Source: Candidatus Saccharimonadota bacterium
GTDB lineage: Bacteria; Pseudomonadota; Alphaproteobacteria; CAJXXZ01; 1604HC
Assembly: GCF_008189285.1 (NCBI RefSeq)
Contig: NZ_CP043315.1
Location: forward strand, 150,001 to 182,000
Reading direction: 5' to 3'
DNA length: 32,000 bases
Part shown: piece after piece, positions 9,322 through 17,646 of the stretch
Numbering within the stretch: the first letter of the stretch is position 1
Layout of the letters: the number at the start of each line of letters is the position of its first letter
Notes under the pieces: model-generated
The model's input: only the letters and a program-made list of their open reading frames with translations
Told to the model about the DNA's origin: nothing
Databases searched by the model: none
Position numbers and translations under genes: made by a program

Positions 9322-10742
9322 AATAATAATATAAATTAGTGAAATTAGAAATATAAATTAACACCATGATAAGACTATGATGAAATTTCGAAAATGATAA
9401 TAATAGAATTAATGAAATTTACAATGTAATTCAAAATAATTAGGAAATATTGCATTTAAAGCGCAATTTTAAAATAATTGCCAAATCAGTCATGTTTTCA
9501 TGTGAATATTTAGGTTAAATATTTCAAAACAATGCATTTTTTTCAGAAATTTTAAATTTTAATGAATATTTTCAAAAGAATCAGATTTTAGTTGTGAAAT
9601 TTATAGTGATTTAGCATTTTAAGTAGTTAAGATAAATAGCTCATATTTGTTGTTTTATAAATATTGATAATTTTATGAGTCAATATTTGCATGAGTCCTA
9701 ATAAAGCGTATTCACATGAGATTTTAATAATTTAACAGTGTAAAATATAATATAATAATAAATTTTTCAATAGATTTAAAATATACAAATGCATTTTTTT
9801 GACAAGCAATATCACGAAATATACTTGATTATTTAAGCGATGAATTGCAATATTGAATAGAAAAATGAGATGTTAATTTGACACTTATGAAATCTTAATG
9901 ATGCAAATACTCATTAATTATGTTGAAATAGTATTTATGGAAATAGATTTCTATGCATATGCAATGCGATTTTTTTTAATTTCAATTTATTCTTACGCTC
10001 TCAATTCCTTAAAATATTTATAATTTGAATCACTCTCAATTTTCTTTGTGAAAACCTTTCTTAAAAGTTTTTTGCATCGTATGGTTTAATAATTTATGAA
10101 TTAGCTATGTAGTCTGAGAAATAAAATTATGTATTGCGATGTAAGTTTATAGAGTAGGCAAGTTGCTGAAATAAATTAAGTGCACTTTGAGTTTAAAGGG
10201 CTAGTAATTTAGTTTAGTTATTTAAAAAATTAAATATTATTAAACTTTGAATTTTTTAATGCGCATTATCGGCAATATATTGATAAATTTAAAATTAAAG
10301 CATCTCTCCAACGTGCAAAATTTAAAGTATTGTTTCAATAATATTAAATTCCACATTATGACCTTAAATGCATAATGCGAAGACTGCAAATCAAGCTTTT
10401 GCTATATTTAAAATATCAAGCTTTTCATATATTTCTAATTTTTATGCATTTTGATCAAAGTGCTTAATGAGTATTATTTTTAATCATGCATATGATTTTG
10501 AATTTATATATTTTTAAAGACTTTAATCATAAGCTTTGAAAATATAAAAAGCAACTTATTGAAATTCACCTCATAAAATCTTATTGATATAAAACAACAA
10601 ACCCTTTAATTAAAATGCTAAGTTTATAAAGTATTAAATAATTTATTTATATAAAATTTAATTTTAAAATATGAAATCAATTAAAAATTATTTATGAATC
10701 TAGAAAAGGAACAAAATAATCTTAATTATATGAATTTATGAG

Positions 10743-11267
10743 TTATTGCTGAACTCTGAAAGGCATTAAACCTATGTATCTAGCTCTTTTAATTGCTTGA
10801 GACAAACATCTCATTTGTTTGGCGCTAATTCCAATGATATATCTAGAAAGTATTTTACCATATGGACTTATGAATTGACTTAAATTATTTAAGAATGCAG
10901 ATTCTCCAAGCATTAGCTCAGATTTTCTTTCCTTAACTTTTCCTTCAATTCCTAGAGTTAATCTATCAAGTGGTTTGTCAAATTTATCTAGCTTTACAAT
11001 TAAATCTCTCAAGAATTTATCATTAATATCTATAAGACGTTTCATGTCTTTTAATTTCAATGGATCTAAATTGAAATCTACAACAAAATAATGAGCTCTT
11101 GCATTTCTATTCATTTCATAAGCTGTTTTAGCAAGTCCGAAGTTTCTAACTCCGCCTAACTCACCATTGTTTTCTTTAATGTATTGAACAATTTTCTCAA
11201 CATGCAATTGCGCTTCATCAGCTGAGAGATTCTGCTCTAATGCACAAACTAATCTATAATTACGCAT
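10743..11267 (-). CDS. rpsF-rpsR: fused 30S ribosomal proteins S6 and S18 in one reading frame (174 aa)
   Basis: The N-terminal part (MRNYRLV...AHYFVVDF...DKFLRDLIV) aligns with S6 (E. coli MRHYEIV...AHYVLMNV...NDAVIRSMV). The C-terminal part (GKILSRYIIGISAKQMRCLSQAIKRARYIGLMPF) aligns with S18 (E. coli [34 protein letters not shown]). There is no stop codon between them. I set the start at ATG 11267, giving the canonical MR.Y start. Confidence 0.8.
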   Translation of the reverse strand: MRNYRLVCALEQNLSADEAQLHVEKIVQYIKENNGELGGVRNFGLAKTAYEMNRNARAHYFVVDFNLDPLKLKDMKRLIDINDKFLRDLIVKLDKFDKPLDRLTLGIEGKVKERKSELMLGESAFLNNLSQFISPYGKILSRYIIGISAKQMRCLSQAIKRARYIGLMPFRVQQ

Positions 11268-11305
11268 AACCACATAATAGCTTAAATTTATGCAAAGTAG
11301 AAGGC

Positions 11306-12352
11306 TTAATTAATATTAATATATTCTCTTTTTACTCTTGATCCAAGATTGCAAGTGATTTCCATTCCTTTGATTTTACTGTTCCAGTTAGCTATTTTTT
11401 CAAATGTTATATTTTCTCCAAGCAACTCTACTTTATCATCATTTAAATTGATTGATGTAACATCTAAAGTTAAGTAATCCATAGAGCATGATATAATTGG
11501 AGCGTAAGATCCATTAGTGAATGCAAATCCTTTCCTTATAGCGTATCCATCGCCATATCCTATATTTACTATTGCTATTTTTATGTCTTTTTGCGCTTGA
11601 TATCCCTGAGAATATCCTACATACTCTCCTTTTAAAACATTTTTTACAGATATTATGAAAGCTGTTAATTTTCCAACTGATTTAAGAGGTATATTTTTAG
11701 ATTGCTCATTTGACCCATATAAAAATCTGCCAATTCTAGACAATCCTTCATGATGTTTTTCTTCTAGCAATATTCCACATGATGAAGATAGGCTTTTTTT
11801 GCATCCTTGTATTTGATTGATTTTTTCTAACTGACTATTATTAGTTGAATATTCTTCATATCCGCATGCCAAATGATGCATGACAAAATCTATGCCAATT
11901 GAATCTAATATGCTTTTCATTTTGAAGAAATCATTTATATCTAATCCAAGTCTATTCAGTCCAGTTTCAATTTGTATAGAAATAGGTTTATTTTTATTGC
12001 ATTTTTTACAATGCTCACTCCACAGCATAATTTGCTCTTTATTAAAACATACAGGAATAATATTTCTAGACCATATTTCTTCAATTTCATAGTCAAAAAA
12101 TCCGCCCATAATGTATATTTTAGAATCAGATTCTTTGGACACATTAAATATCTCTATAGCCTCATTAATATCATTAACAAAAAAGCTCCTGCAATCAGTA
12201 TTATTGATAAGATGCTCAACAACTTTTGTCGCGCCAAATCCATAAGCATTGCATTTTACAACAGCTCCACAATGATTTACATTGCTTTTGATATAATTGT
12301 AGTTGTATGCAATATTTTGCAAATTGATTTGAAAGGTTGCGCTTTTACTCAC
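11306..12352 (-). CDS. alr: alanine racemase
   Basis: VVKCNAYGFG is the PLP-lysine motif. Length (348 aa) and overall pattern are consistent with Alr. Confidence 0.85.
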   Translation of the reverse strand: MSKSATFQINLQNIAYNYNYIKSNVNHCGAVVKCNAYGFGATKVVEHLINNTDCRSFFVNDINEAIEIFNVSKESDSKIYIMGGFFDYEIEEIWSRNIIPVCFNKEQIMLWSEHCKKCNKNKPISIQIETGLNRLGLDINDFFKMKSILDSIGIDFVMHHLACGYEEYSTNNSQLEKINQIQGCKKSLSSSCGILLEEKHHEGLSRIGRFLYGSNEQSKNIPLKSVGKLTAFIISVKNVLKGEYVGYSQGYQAQKDIKIAIVNIGYGDGYAIRKGFAFTNGSYAPIISCSMDYLTLDVTSINLNDDKVELLGENITFEKIANWNSKIKGMEITCNLGSRVKREYININ

Positions 12353-12400
12353 AAGATTATTTTATAGTTTTTTTTAGTTTATTTCAATTTGTAATTTAAA

Positions 12401-12457
12401 ATATCACAACATCAGCTGTATTGTGATATTACATGAAAATTACAGTAAATTTCATGT
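12401..12457. promoter_or_regulatory. two adjacent inverted repeats, each with an 11-nt spacer, between divergent alr and lspA
   Basis: IR1 is atatcacaa (12401-12409) / ttgtgatat (12421-12429), 9 bp perfect. IR2 is acatgaaa (12431-12438) / tttcatgt (12450-12457), 8 bp perfect. Their function is unknown. Confidence 0.35.
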
Positions 12458-12507
12458 TTATAAATAAATAACCAGATAACAGTTGTGATGATATTTTTGA
12501 AAATAAT

Positions 12508-12972
12508 ATGTATAATAAATTTTACATGATTAGCAAAAGTTTTCTTACTCTATTTATAGTATTCGCAGATCAAATGACAAAAAAGTTTGCCTTACAATAT
12601 TCATTTAAATATGGAATTTATTCATTAACTTCGTTTTTGAAAATATTAATTAAATGGAATTATGGGCTCAGTTTTAGCGTTTGCGATAGTTTTCATACAA
12701 GGGTTTTGCAATTTGTTATGCTTAGCGCTTGCATTCTTTTATCTAGTATGTGGCATAAAGCTAAAATAAAATCTGAAACTATAGCATACAGCCTAATATT
12801 AGGTGGAGGAATAGGTAATTTGATAGATAGAATTTGGCATGGAGCAGTGCTTGATTTTATTTACATTCACATGAAAGGATTTAGCTTTCCAGTATTTAAT
12901 ATTGCAGATATATCAATTACTGTAGGAATAATGATGATTATCTGGAATAATATTATGTATAAAAAAAGATAA
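12508..12972 (+). CDS. lspA: lipoprotein signal peptidase (signal peptidase II)
   Basis: GGGIGNLIDR and VFNIADISITVG carry the two catalytic Asp regions. Several hydrophobic segments are present. The start could instead be the internal ATG at 12526. Confidence 0.88.
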   Translation: MYNKFYMISKSFLTLFIVFADQMTKKFALQYSFKYGIYSLTSFLKILIKWNYGLSFSVCDSFHTRVLQFVMLSACILLSSMWHKAKIKSETIAYSLILGGGIGNLIDRIWHGAVLDFIYIHMKGFSFPVFNIADISITVGIMMIIWNNIMYKKR

Positions 12973-13070
12973 ATTCAAGTAAATTTGATTATTAGCTAAG
13001 TATTGATTAAAATAAAGATACAAAAACACAATTTATATAATTTATATCTTTACTTCTATTGTCATGAAGC

Positions 13071-13763
13071 TTGTTTGCTAGTTTTGAAAATAGTCTAAAT
13101 AGCATTCAAAATTGCATAAAATTTACTTCGAATCAATTAGAAGTAGTGCAGGATTCAATGCAAATAAATGCAAATATTGAAGATTATAATTTTTCACATG
13201 AAATTATTAAGGAAATTGACACAATCAGATCTATTGTAGAAGGAATTCAAATCATCTTTTTTAGATAAGAAATCTTTAGAGTATAGATTATGTAATGAAA
13301 TAGATGAAGATGAAATAACAGCATATGAGAGAGAAATATCTCTTATTTGCGAAGCGGCAAAAGAGCAAGAAAATAAATTTGAAGTAAAAGAAGTAATTAG
13401 AAAAATAAAAGATTTTTTATTAAATTAGGCGAATTTCATAATTATTATTTATTTGTTTCAGGTAATTTAAGTAACAAAGAAAAAGAATTAGATGAAAAAA
13501 TGAATATTATAGAGAATATAAGCAGTATTATAGATAATGAAGTTAGTCTTCCTGATTTGGAAAGAATTCAAAATCCTATTAGTGAAATTTCTAATGAAAT
13601 AGACATTTTGAAAGATCAAAAGAATTATTTCGCAAAAAAGTGTTCAGAGCTTTCAAATTCAGGAGATTTGATTGTGAGAAAAATTCTTGGCCTATCTGAA
13701 TCATTAAGAGGTTTAGTTGAATTGCAATATGATGGCACTGTATTGCAAACTGTTATTAATTGA
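13071..13763 (+). pseudogene. coiled-coil-like gene of unknown function split across three frames (or three small ORFs)
   Basis: Frame 0 is open 13071-13268, frame 1 is open 13240-13428, and frame 0 is open again 13401-13763. The overlaps fall on T6 runs at 13257-13262 and 13413-13418. One T fewer at the first run and one T more at the second would restore a single ORF of about 230 aa. The first segment has only a TTG start. Confidence 0.45.
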
Positions 13764-13766
13764 CAT

Positions 13767-14657
13767 TTATTCCAGAATATCTAAATTTAATTCTTTGATC
13801 TTGTTTTTAATAGAAAGCATATCACGCCACATATCTTTTTTCTTGCTTGGAGAGCGAAGAAGGTAAGAGGGGTGAAAAATAGGAATGTACAATCTATTAT
13901 TGTGATCTATAAATTCTCCTCTTACTGTAGTGATAGCCTTAACTTGATTCATTACAGCTTTATATGAAGTGCTTCCAATTAATATTACAATTTTTGGATT
14001 AATAATCTCGATATGATTGAGTATATAAGGTCTCATGATCTTAATTTCTTCTGTTGTTGGAGCGCGATTTTCTGGAGGTCTCCATGGAACAATATTGGTA
14101 ATATAGTAATTTTTACGATATATTTTAGCTGCATTGAGCATTGATTCAAGCAATTTTCCACTTTCTCCAACAAATGGCTTCCCTTGTTTGTCTTCTTCTT
14201 GACCAGGCGCTTCTCCTATTAGCATCAATGGAGATTCTGAATTCCCATCTGAAAACACCATTGTTGTTGCATATTTTTTGAAAGGAAATTCTATTTTAGC
14301 TAAATTAGATCTTAATTCTGACAATGTGTTTGATTTGACAAATTCTTGAAAATTTTCCATTACGATTTTCTCTTTAGTTTTCATCTTTTTCTCTTTAGTT
14401 TGAATAGACTTTTGAATAACATTTTCTTTAATTTTCATGTCATTAATTGTGGTTTTTTTAATTTTTATATCATTAGTTTCTAAGCAATCAGATTGAATGC
14501 AATCATCAGATTCTCCACTGCAATTTTCTTGGAAATTTTCTGATCTCATAGAATTGTCGCATGAAGAATATTCAGGCCTATCAGAATAATTAGAATAATT
14601 TGGCATGCTAGGTTTTGCGTGCATTTTTTTAACCCATAATTCGTATGATTTTGACAT
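13767..14657 (-). CDS. uracil-DNA glycosylase, family 4, with a low-complexity N-terminal extension
   Basis: GEAPGQEEDKQGKPFVGESGKLL matches the family-4 motif GEAPGxxEDxxGxPFVGxxGxLL. HPSYLLRSP lies near the C-terminus. Confidence 0.85.
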   Translation of the reverse strand: MSKSYELWVKKMHAKPSMPNYSNYSDRPEYSSCDNSMRSENFQENCSGESDDCIQSDCLETNDIKIKKTTINDMKIKENVIQKSIQTKEKKMKTKEKIVMENFQEFVKSNTLSELRSNLAKIEFPFKKYATTMVFSDGNSESPLMLIGEAPGQEEDKQGKPFVGESGKLLESMLNAAKIYRKNYYITNIVPWRPPENRAPTTEEIKIMRPYILNHIEIINPKIVILIGSTSYKAVMNQVKAITTVRGEFIDHNNRLYIPIFHPSYLLRSPSKKKDMWRDMLSIKNKIKELNLDILE

Positions 14658-14658
14658 G

Positions 14659-14964
14659 TTATGCCTTAAATGAAGTTCCGCAGTGGCATGTTTTTTTGAA
14701 ATTAGAGCTAGTAATAAGAAATCTTTCTTCCATTAATTCTTCAAGAAAATCTACGGTTGATTCGCTTATTCTTGATAAAGTAAATTGATCTGTAATAATA
14801 GACTTACTTCCATGTTTAAATATTATATCTCCTTCATTACAAGATTGAGGAAATGAGAATTCGTATTTAAATCCATTGCATCCACCAAAAAAAACTTTCA
14901 CTTTTATAAAATTTTTGTTCATTTGATTCATTTTGTCAGCTGCATTTTGAGACAAATATATCAT
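14659..14964 (-). CDS. A-type iron-sulfur cluster carrier (HesB/IscA/ErpA family)
   Basis: Contains GGCNGFKYEF and the C-terminal CHCGTSF (C-x-C-G-x-S-F). 101 aa. I cannot distinguish iscA from erpA by eye. Confidence 0.85.
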   Translation of the reverse strand: MIYLSQNAADKMNQMNKNFIKVKVFFGGCNGFKYEFSFPQSCNEGDIIFKHGSKSIITDQFTLSRISESTVDFLEELMEERFLITSSNFKKTCHCGTSFKA

Positions 14965-15014
14965 GAGTAAATAATATCATATATGCTATTTGATTTGTAA
15001 GTATTTGAAAAATA

Positions 15015-15749
15015 GTGCATCTGGTATATAATACAAGTAAATGTGGAGGTTTTTTGAACAAGAAAATTCATAAAATTCATATAGATAATTCAATTAAAGG
15101 AATCAATTTAATTAAAGAGTCTAATTTAGATAGTAAAATTATTGGATTTAAATCTGACGAATCTGTGTATGATTTACATACTGAGATTCCTGCTGGATCT
15201 GATGTAACCCCTTTGTACAGAGAAGATCATGAGTACATACACTTTTTAAGACACGATGCAGCTCATGTTTTAGCGCAAGCTTTAACATACATGTATCCTG
15301 CTATAAAATTTGGAAAACAGTTTTTCAGGGATGAAAATGTTTTTGGATTTGATGTGCACTTAGCTGGTTATGTTTTTACTGCATCAGATTTTTCTAAGAT
15401 TGCAGAAATTATGAGAAAAGTTGTTGCAAGCAAAGATAATATTATAAAGCATATTTGGGATAAGGAAAAAGCTTTAAGTTATTTTTCAAATGATAAGTTT
15501 AAACAAGATATAATTTCTAACTCTCCAAAAGAAAAAGTGACTCTTTATGAGCATGGCGATTATATTGATATTTGTGGAGGCCCTAGAGGCTTGAATAATG
15601 ATCATGTTGGGGAACATTTTGCTTTGTTGGAAATTGAAAGTTCAACATGGATGTATGATGATGAAAAGAATATGCAACGAATTATAGGAATTTGTTTCAG
15701 AAATAAAGATGAAATGGATGCTTTTATGAAAGAAAATAACTCCAAATGA
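15015..15749 (+). CDS. stand-alone ThrRS N-terminal module (TGS-like + N2 editing domain); candidate trans-editing factor
   Basis: RHDAAHVL, YEHGDYIDICGGPRG and MQRIIGICFRNKDEMDAFMKE align with E. coli ThrRS RHSCAHLL, FHEEYVDMCRGPHV and LQRIYGTAWADKKALNAYLQ. The ORF stops where the catalytic core would begin. The ORF-track start is GTG 15015. The in-frame TTG at 15054, preceded by GGAGG at 15045-15049, is a better candidate start. Confidence 0.75.
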   Translation: MHLVYNTSKCGGFLNKKIHKIHIDNSIKGINLIKESNLDSKIIGFKSDESVYDLHTEIPAGSDVTPLYREDHEYIHFLRHDAAHVLAQALTYMYPAIKFGKQFFRDENVFGFDVHLAGYVFTASDFSKIAEIMRKVVASKDNIIKHIWDKEKALSYFSNDKFKQDIISNSPKEKVTLYEHGDYIDICGGPRGLNNDHVGEHFALLEIESSTWMYDDEKNMQRIIGICFRNKDEMDAFMKENNSK

Positions 15750-15774
15750 TTTGCTGTAGTTTGGGGTTAAAATA

Positions 15775-17646
15775 ATGATAGAAGTAAAATTAGATAATTC
15801 TATAGAGCAATTTGGATCTGGTGTTTTTGCATGCTCGATTGTTGAAGAGTTAGGAAGCAAAGCAAAAGATTTTGTTGGATTTAAATGCAATAAAACTGGA
15901 TACATTTATGATCTTCATAGCTGTTTGCGAGGTCCAGTTTCTGTGGTCCCTGTGATTAAAAATAGTCCAGATCATATGATTATATTACGCTATGATGCAG
16001 CTCATATTTTATCTGCAGCTTTGAAAAATTTACATAAATCCAAAATTGCACAAATAGAAGTTGCTGATGGAAATTTCCATATAGATTTTTATTGTGATAA
16101 AAATATTTCAGATCATGATTTTCAAGACATAGAGAATAAAATGAATGAATTAATGAAAAATAACGATAAATTCATGGTAAATTCTTATAACAAAGAACAG
16201 GCTATAGAGTTATTTGAAAACAATGAGCTGGCTATAAAGATAATTGAACGTAGCAAGGAAGAACATTTTTCTGTGCATAGCTTTGCATGTCATAATATCT
16301 TATCTGAAGATCCTGCAAGTTTGTATGCTAAAAATTTACATTTTAAGCTTTTATCAGTATCTGGATCTAGTTGGGATTATGGTTCTGAAAAATTGCAGAG
16401 AATTTATGGAACTTGCTGGAATAGTAAAGAGAAATTAAATAATCATTTAGCTGAGATTGAAGAAAATTTGAAATGGGATCATAGAATTTTAGGGAAAAAA
16501 ATGTCTATGTTTCATATAGATCCTGAGGTTGCCAGTGGAATGGTTTTCTGGCTTCCAAATGGAATGAAATCTTTAAACAATATTAAACAATATTTAAGAG
16601 AAACATGGGTTAATTACAAATATCAAGAGGTTCTAACTCCTATAGTTATGAACTCTGATTTGTGGGATAAATCTGGTCACTCAGAAATGTTTAAAGAAAA
16701 TATGATGTTTATGAATTTACAAGATAATGAGTATGCTTTAAAGCCAATGAGTTGTCCAGCTCATATCAATATTTTTAAATTAGGAAATAAGAGCTATAGG
16801 GATTTGCCTTACAAATTATCTGAATTTGGATTATGTCATAGATATGAGCCTTCTGGGTCTTTGCAAGGCTTGATGAGAGCTAGAAGCTTTACTCAAGATG
16901 ACGCTCATGTTTTTGTATCTGAAGATCAAATTGAAGAAGTTATTTTAACATTTTGTAAAATGTTGAAGGAAATTTACAAAAGATTTGGATTTGAAGATGT
17001 TCTTGTTTGTCTTGCAACAAAACCTGAAAAGCATATAGGGGATAGCGAGTCTTGGTCTAAAGCTGAGTCTGCGCTTTTGCAATCTGCTAATAAATCTGGC
17101 TTAAATTGTGAGATTAATGAAGGGGAGGGCGCATTCTATGGGCCTAAGCTAGAATTTTCTATTAAAGATAAAAAGGGACACGTATGGCAATGTGGAACAG
17201 TTCAAGTTGACTTTTCTTTGGCAAAAAGATTAGGCGCTACATATACTGATGAAGATTCTGAGAAGAGAAATCCTATCGTGATTCATCATGCTGTTTTAGG
17301 ATCTCTTGAAAGATTTCTAGGAATTTTGCTTGAGAATACCAAGGGAAGATTGCCTGATTTTGTGCATCCTCATCCTGTGGTAATTTTCCCTATTAAAGCA
17401 GAAGAGTATGCGAATGATATAAAAAGCAAAATAGAAAAAAGTGGATTATATTGTGAGATTGATAATTCAAATCAAACTTTGAGTTATAAAATTAGAAATT
17501 GGATTGATCAAAGAGTGAATTATATAATTATTGCAGGAAAGAAAGAGCAAGAAAATAATGTCATTACTTTAAGATCTACAAATGGAGAGGAAGAGAAATT
17601 GACTGTAGAAGAGTTCGTATCAAGGGTTAAGGTTTCAAATGAATAA
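15775..17646 (+). CDS. thrS: threonine--tRNA ligase (full length)
   Basis: The zinc and class II motifs KPMSCPAH, FTQDDAHVF and IHHAVLGSLERF are present, as are EGAFYGPKLEF and the C-terminal anticodon-binding domain. The N-terminal editing-domain motifs are degenerate (RYDAAH; no DxCRGPH). Confidence 0.95.
   Translation: MIEVKLDNSIEQFGSGVFACSIVEELGSKAKDFVGFKCNKTGYIYDLHSCLRGPVSVVPVIKNSPDHMIILRYDAAHILSAALKNLHKSKIAQIEVADGNFHIDFYCDKNISDHDFQDIENKMNELMKNNDKFMVNSYNKEQAIELFENNELAIKIIERSKEEHFSVHSFACHNILSEDPASLYAKNLHFKLLSVSGSSWDYGSEKLQRIYGTCWNSKEKLNNHLAEIEENLKWDHRILGKKMSMFHIDPEVASGMVFWLPNGMKSLNNIKQYLRETWVNYKYQEVLTPIVMNSDLWDKSGHSEMFKENMMFMNLQDNEYALKPMSCPAHINIFKLGNKSYRDLPYKLSEFGLCHRYEPSGSLQGLMRARSFTQDDAHVFVSEDQIEEVILTFCKMLKEIYKRFGFEDVLVCLATKPEKHIGDSESWSKAESALLQSANKSGLNCEINEGEGAFYGPKLEFSIKDKKGHVWQCGTVQVDFSLAKRLGATYTDEDSEKRNPIVIHHAVLGSLERFLGILLENTKGRLPDFVHPHPVVIFPIKAEEYANDIKSKIEKSGLYCEIDNSNQTLSYKIRNWIDQRVNYIIIAGKKEQENNVITLRSTNGEEEKLTVEEFVSRVKVSNE

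Noticed and set aside
9322-10742. Replication origin or a known structured RNA (tmRNA, RNase P RNA, SRP RNA) in the long spacer
   Set aside because: I found no cluster of DnaA-box-like 9-mers, only isolated 6/9 matches such as the ttccaca at about 10349. I found none of the conserved motifs I know for these RNAs, and no GC-rich helices. This cannot be excluded without covariance-model scans.
11972-12367. 131-aa + strand ORF, plus 11880-12092 (+) and 11956-12144 (-), inside or opposite alr
   Set aside because: They lie within the well-supported alr gene, on the opposite strand or in another frame. Their products are low-complexity and I/F/L/K-rich, typical of non-coding frames of AT-rich genes, with no motifs.
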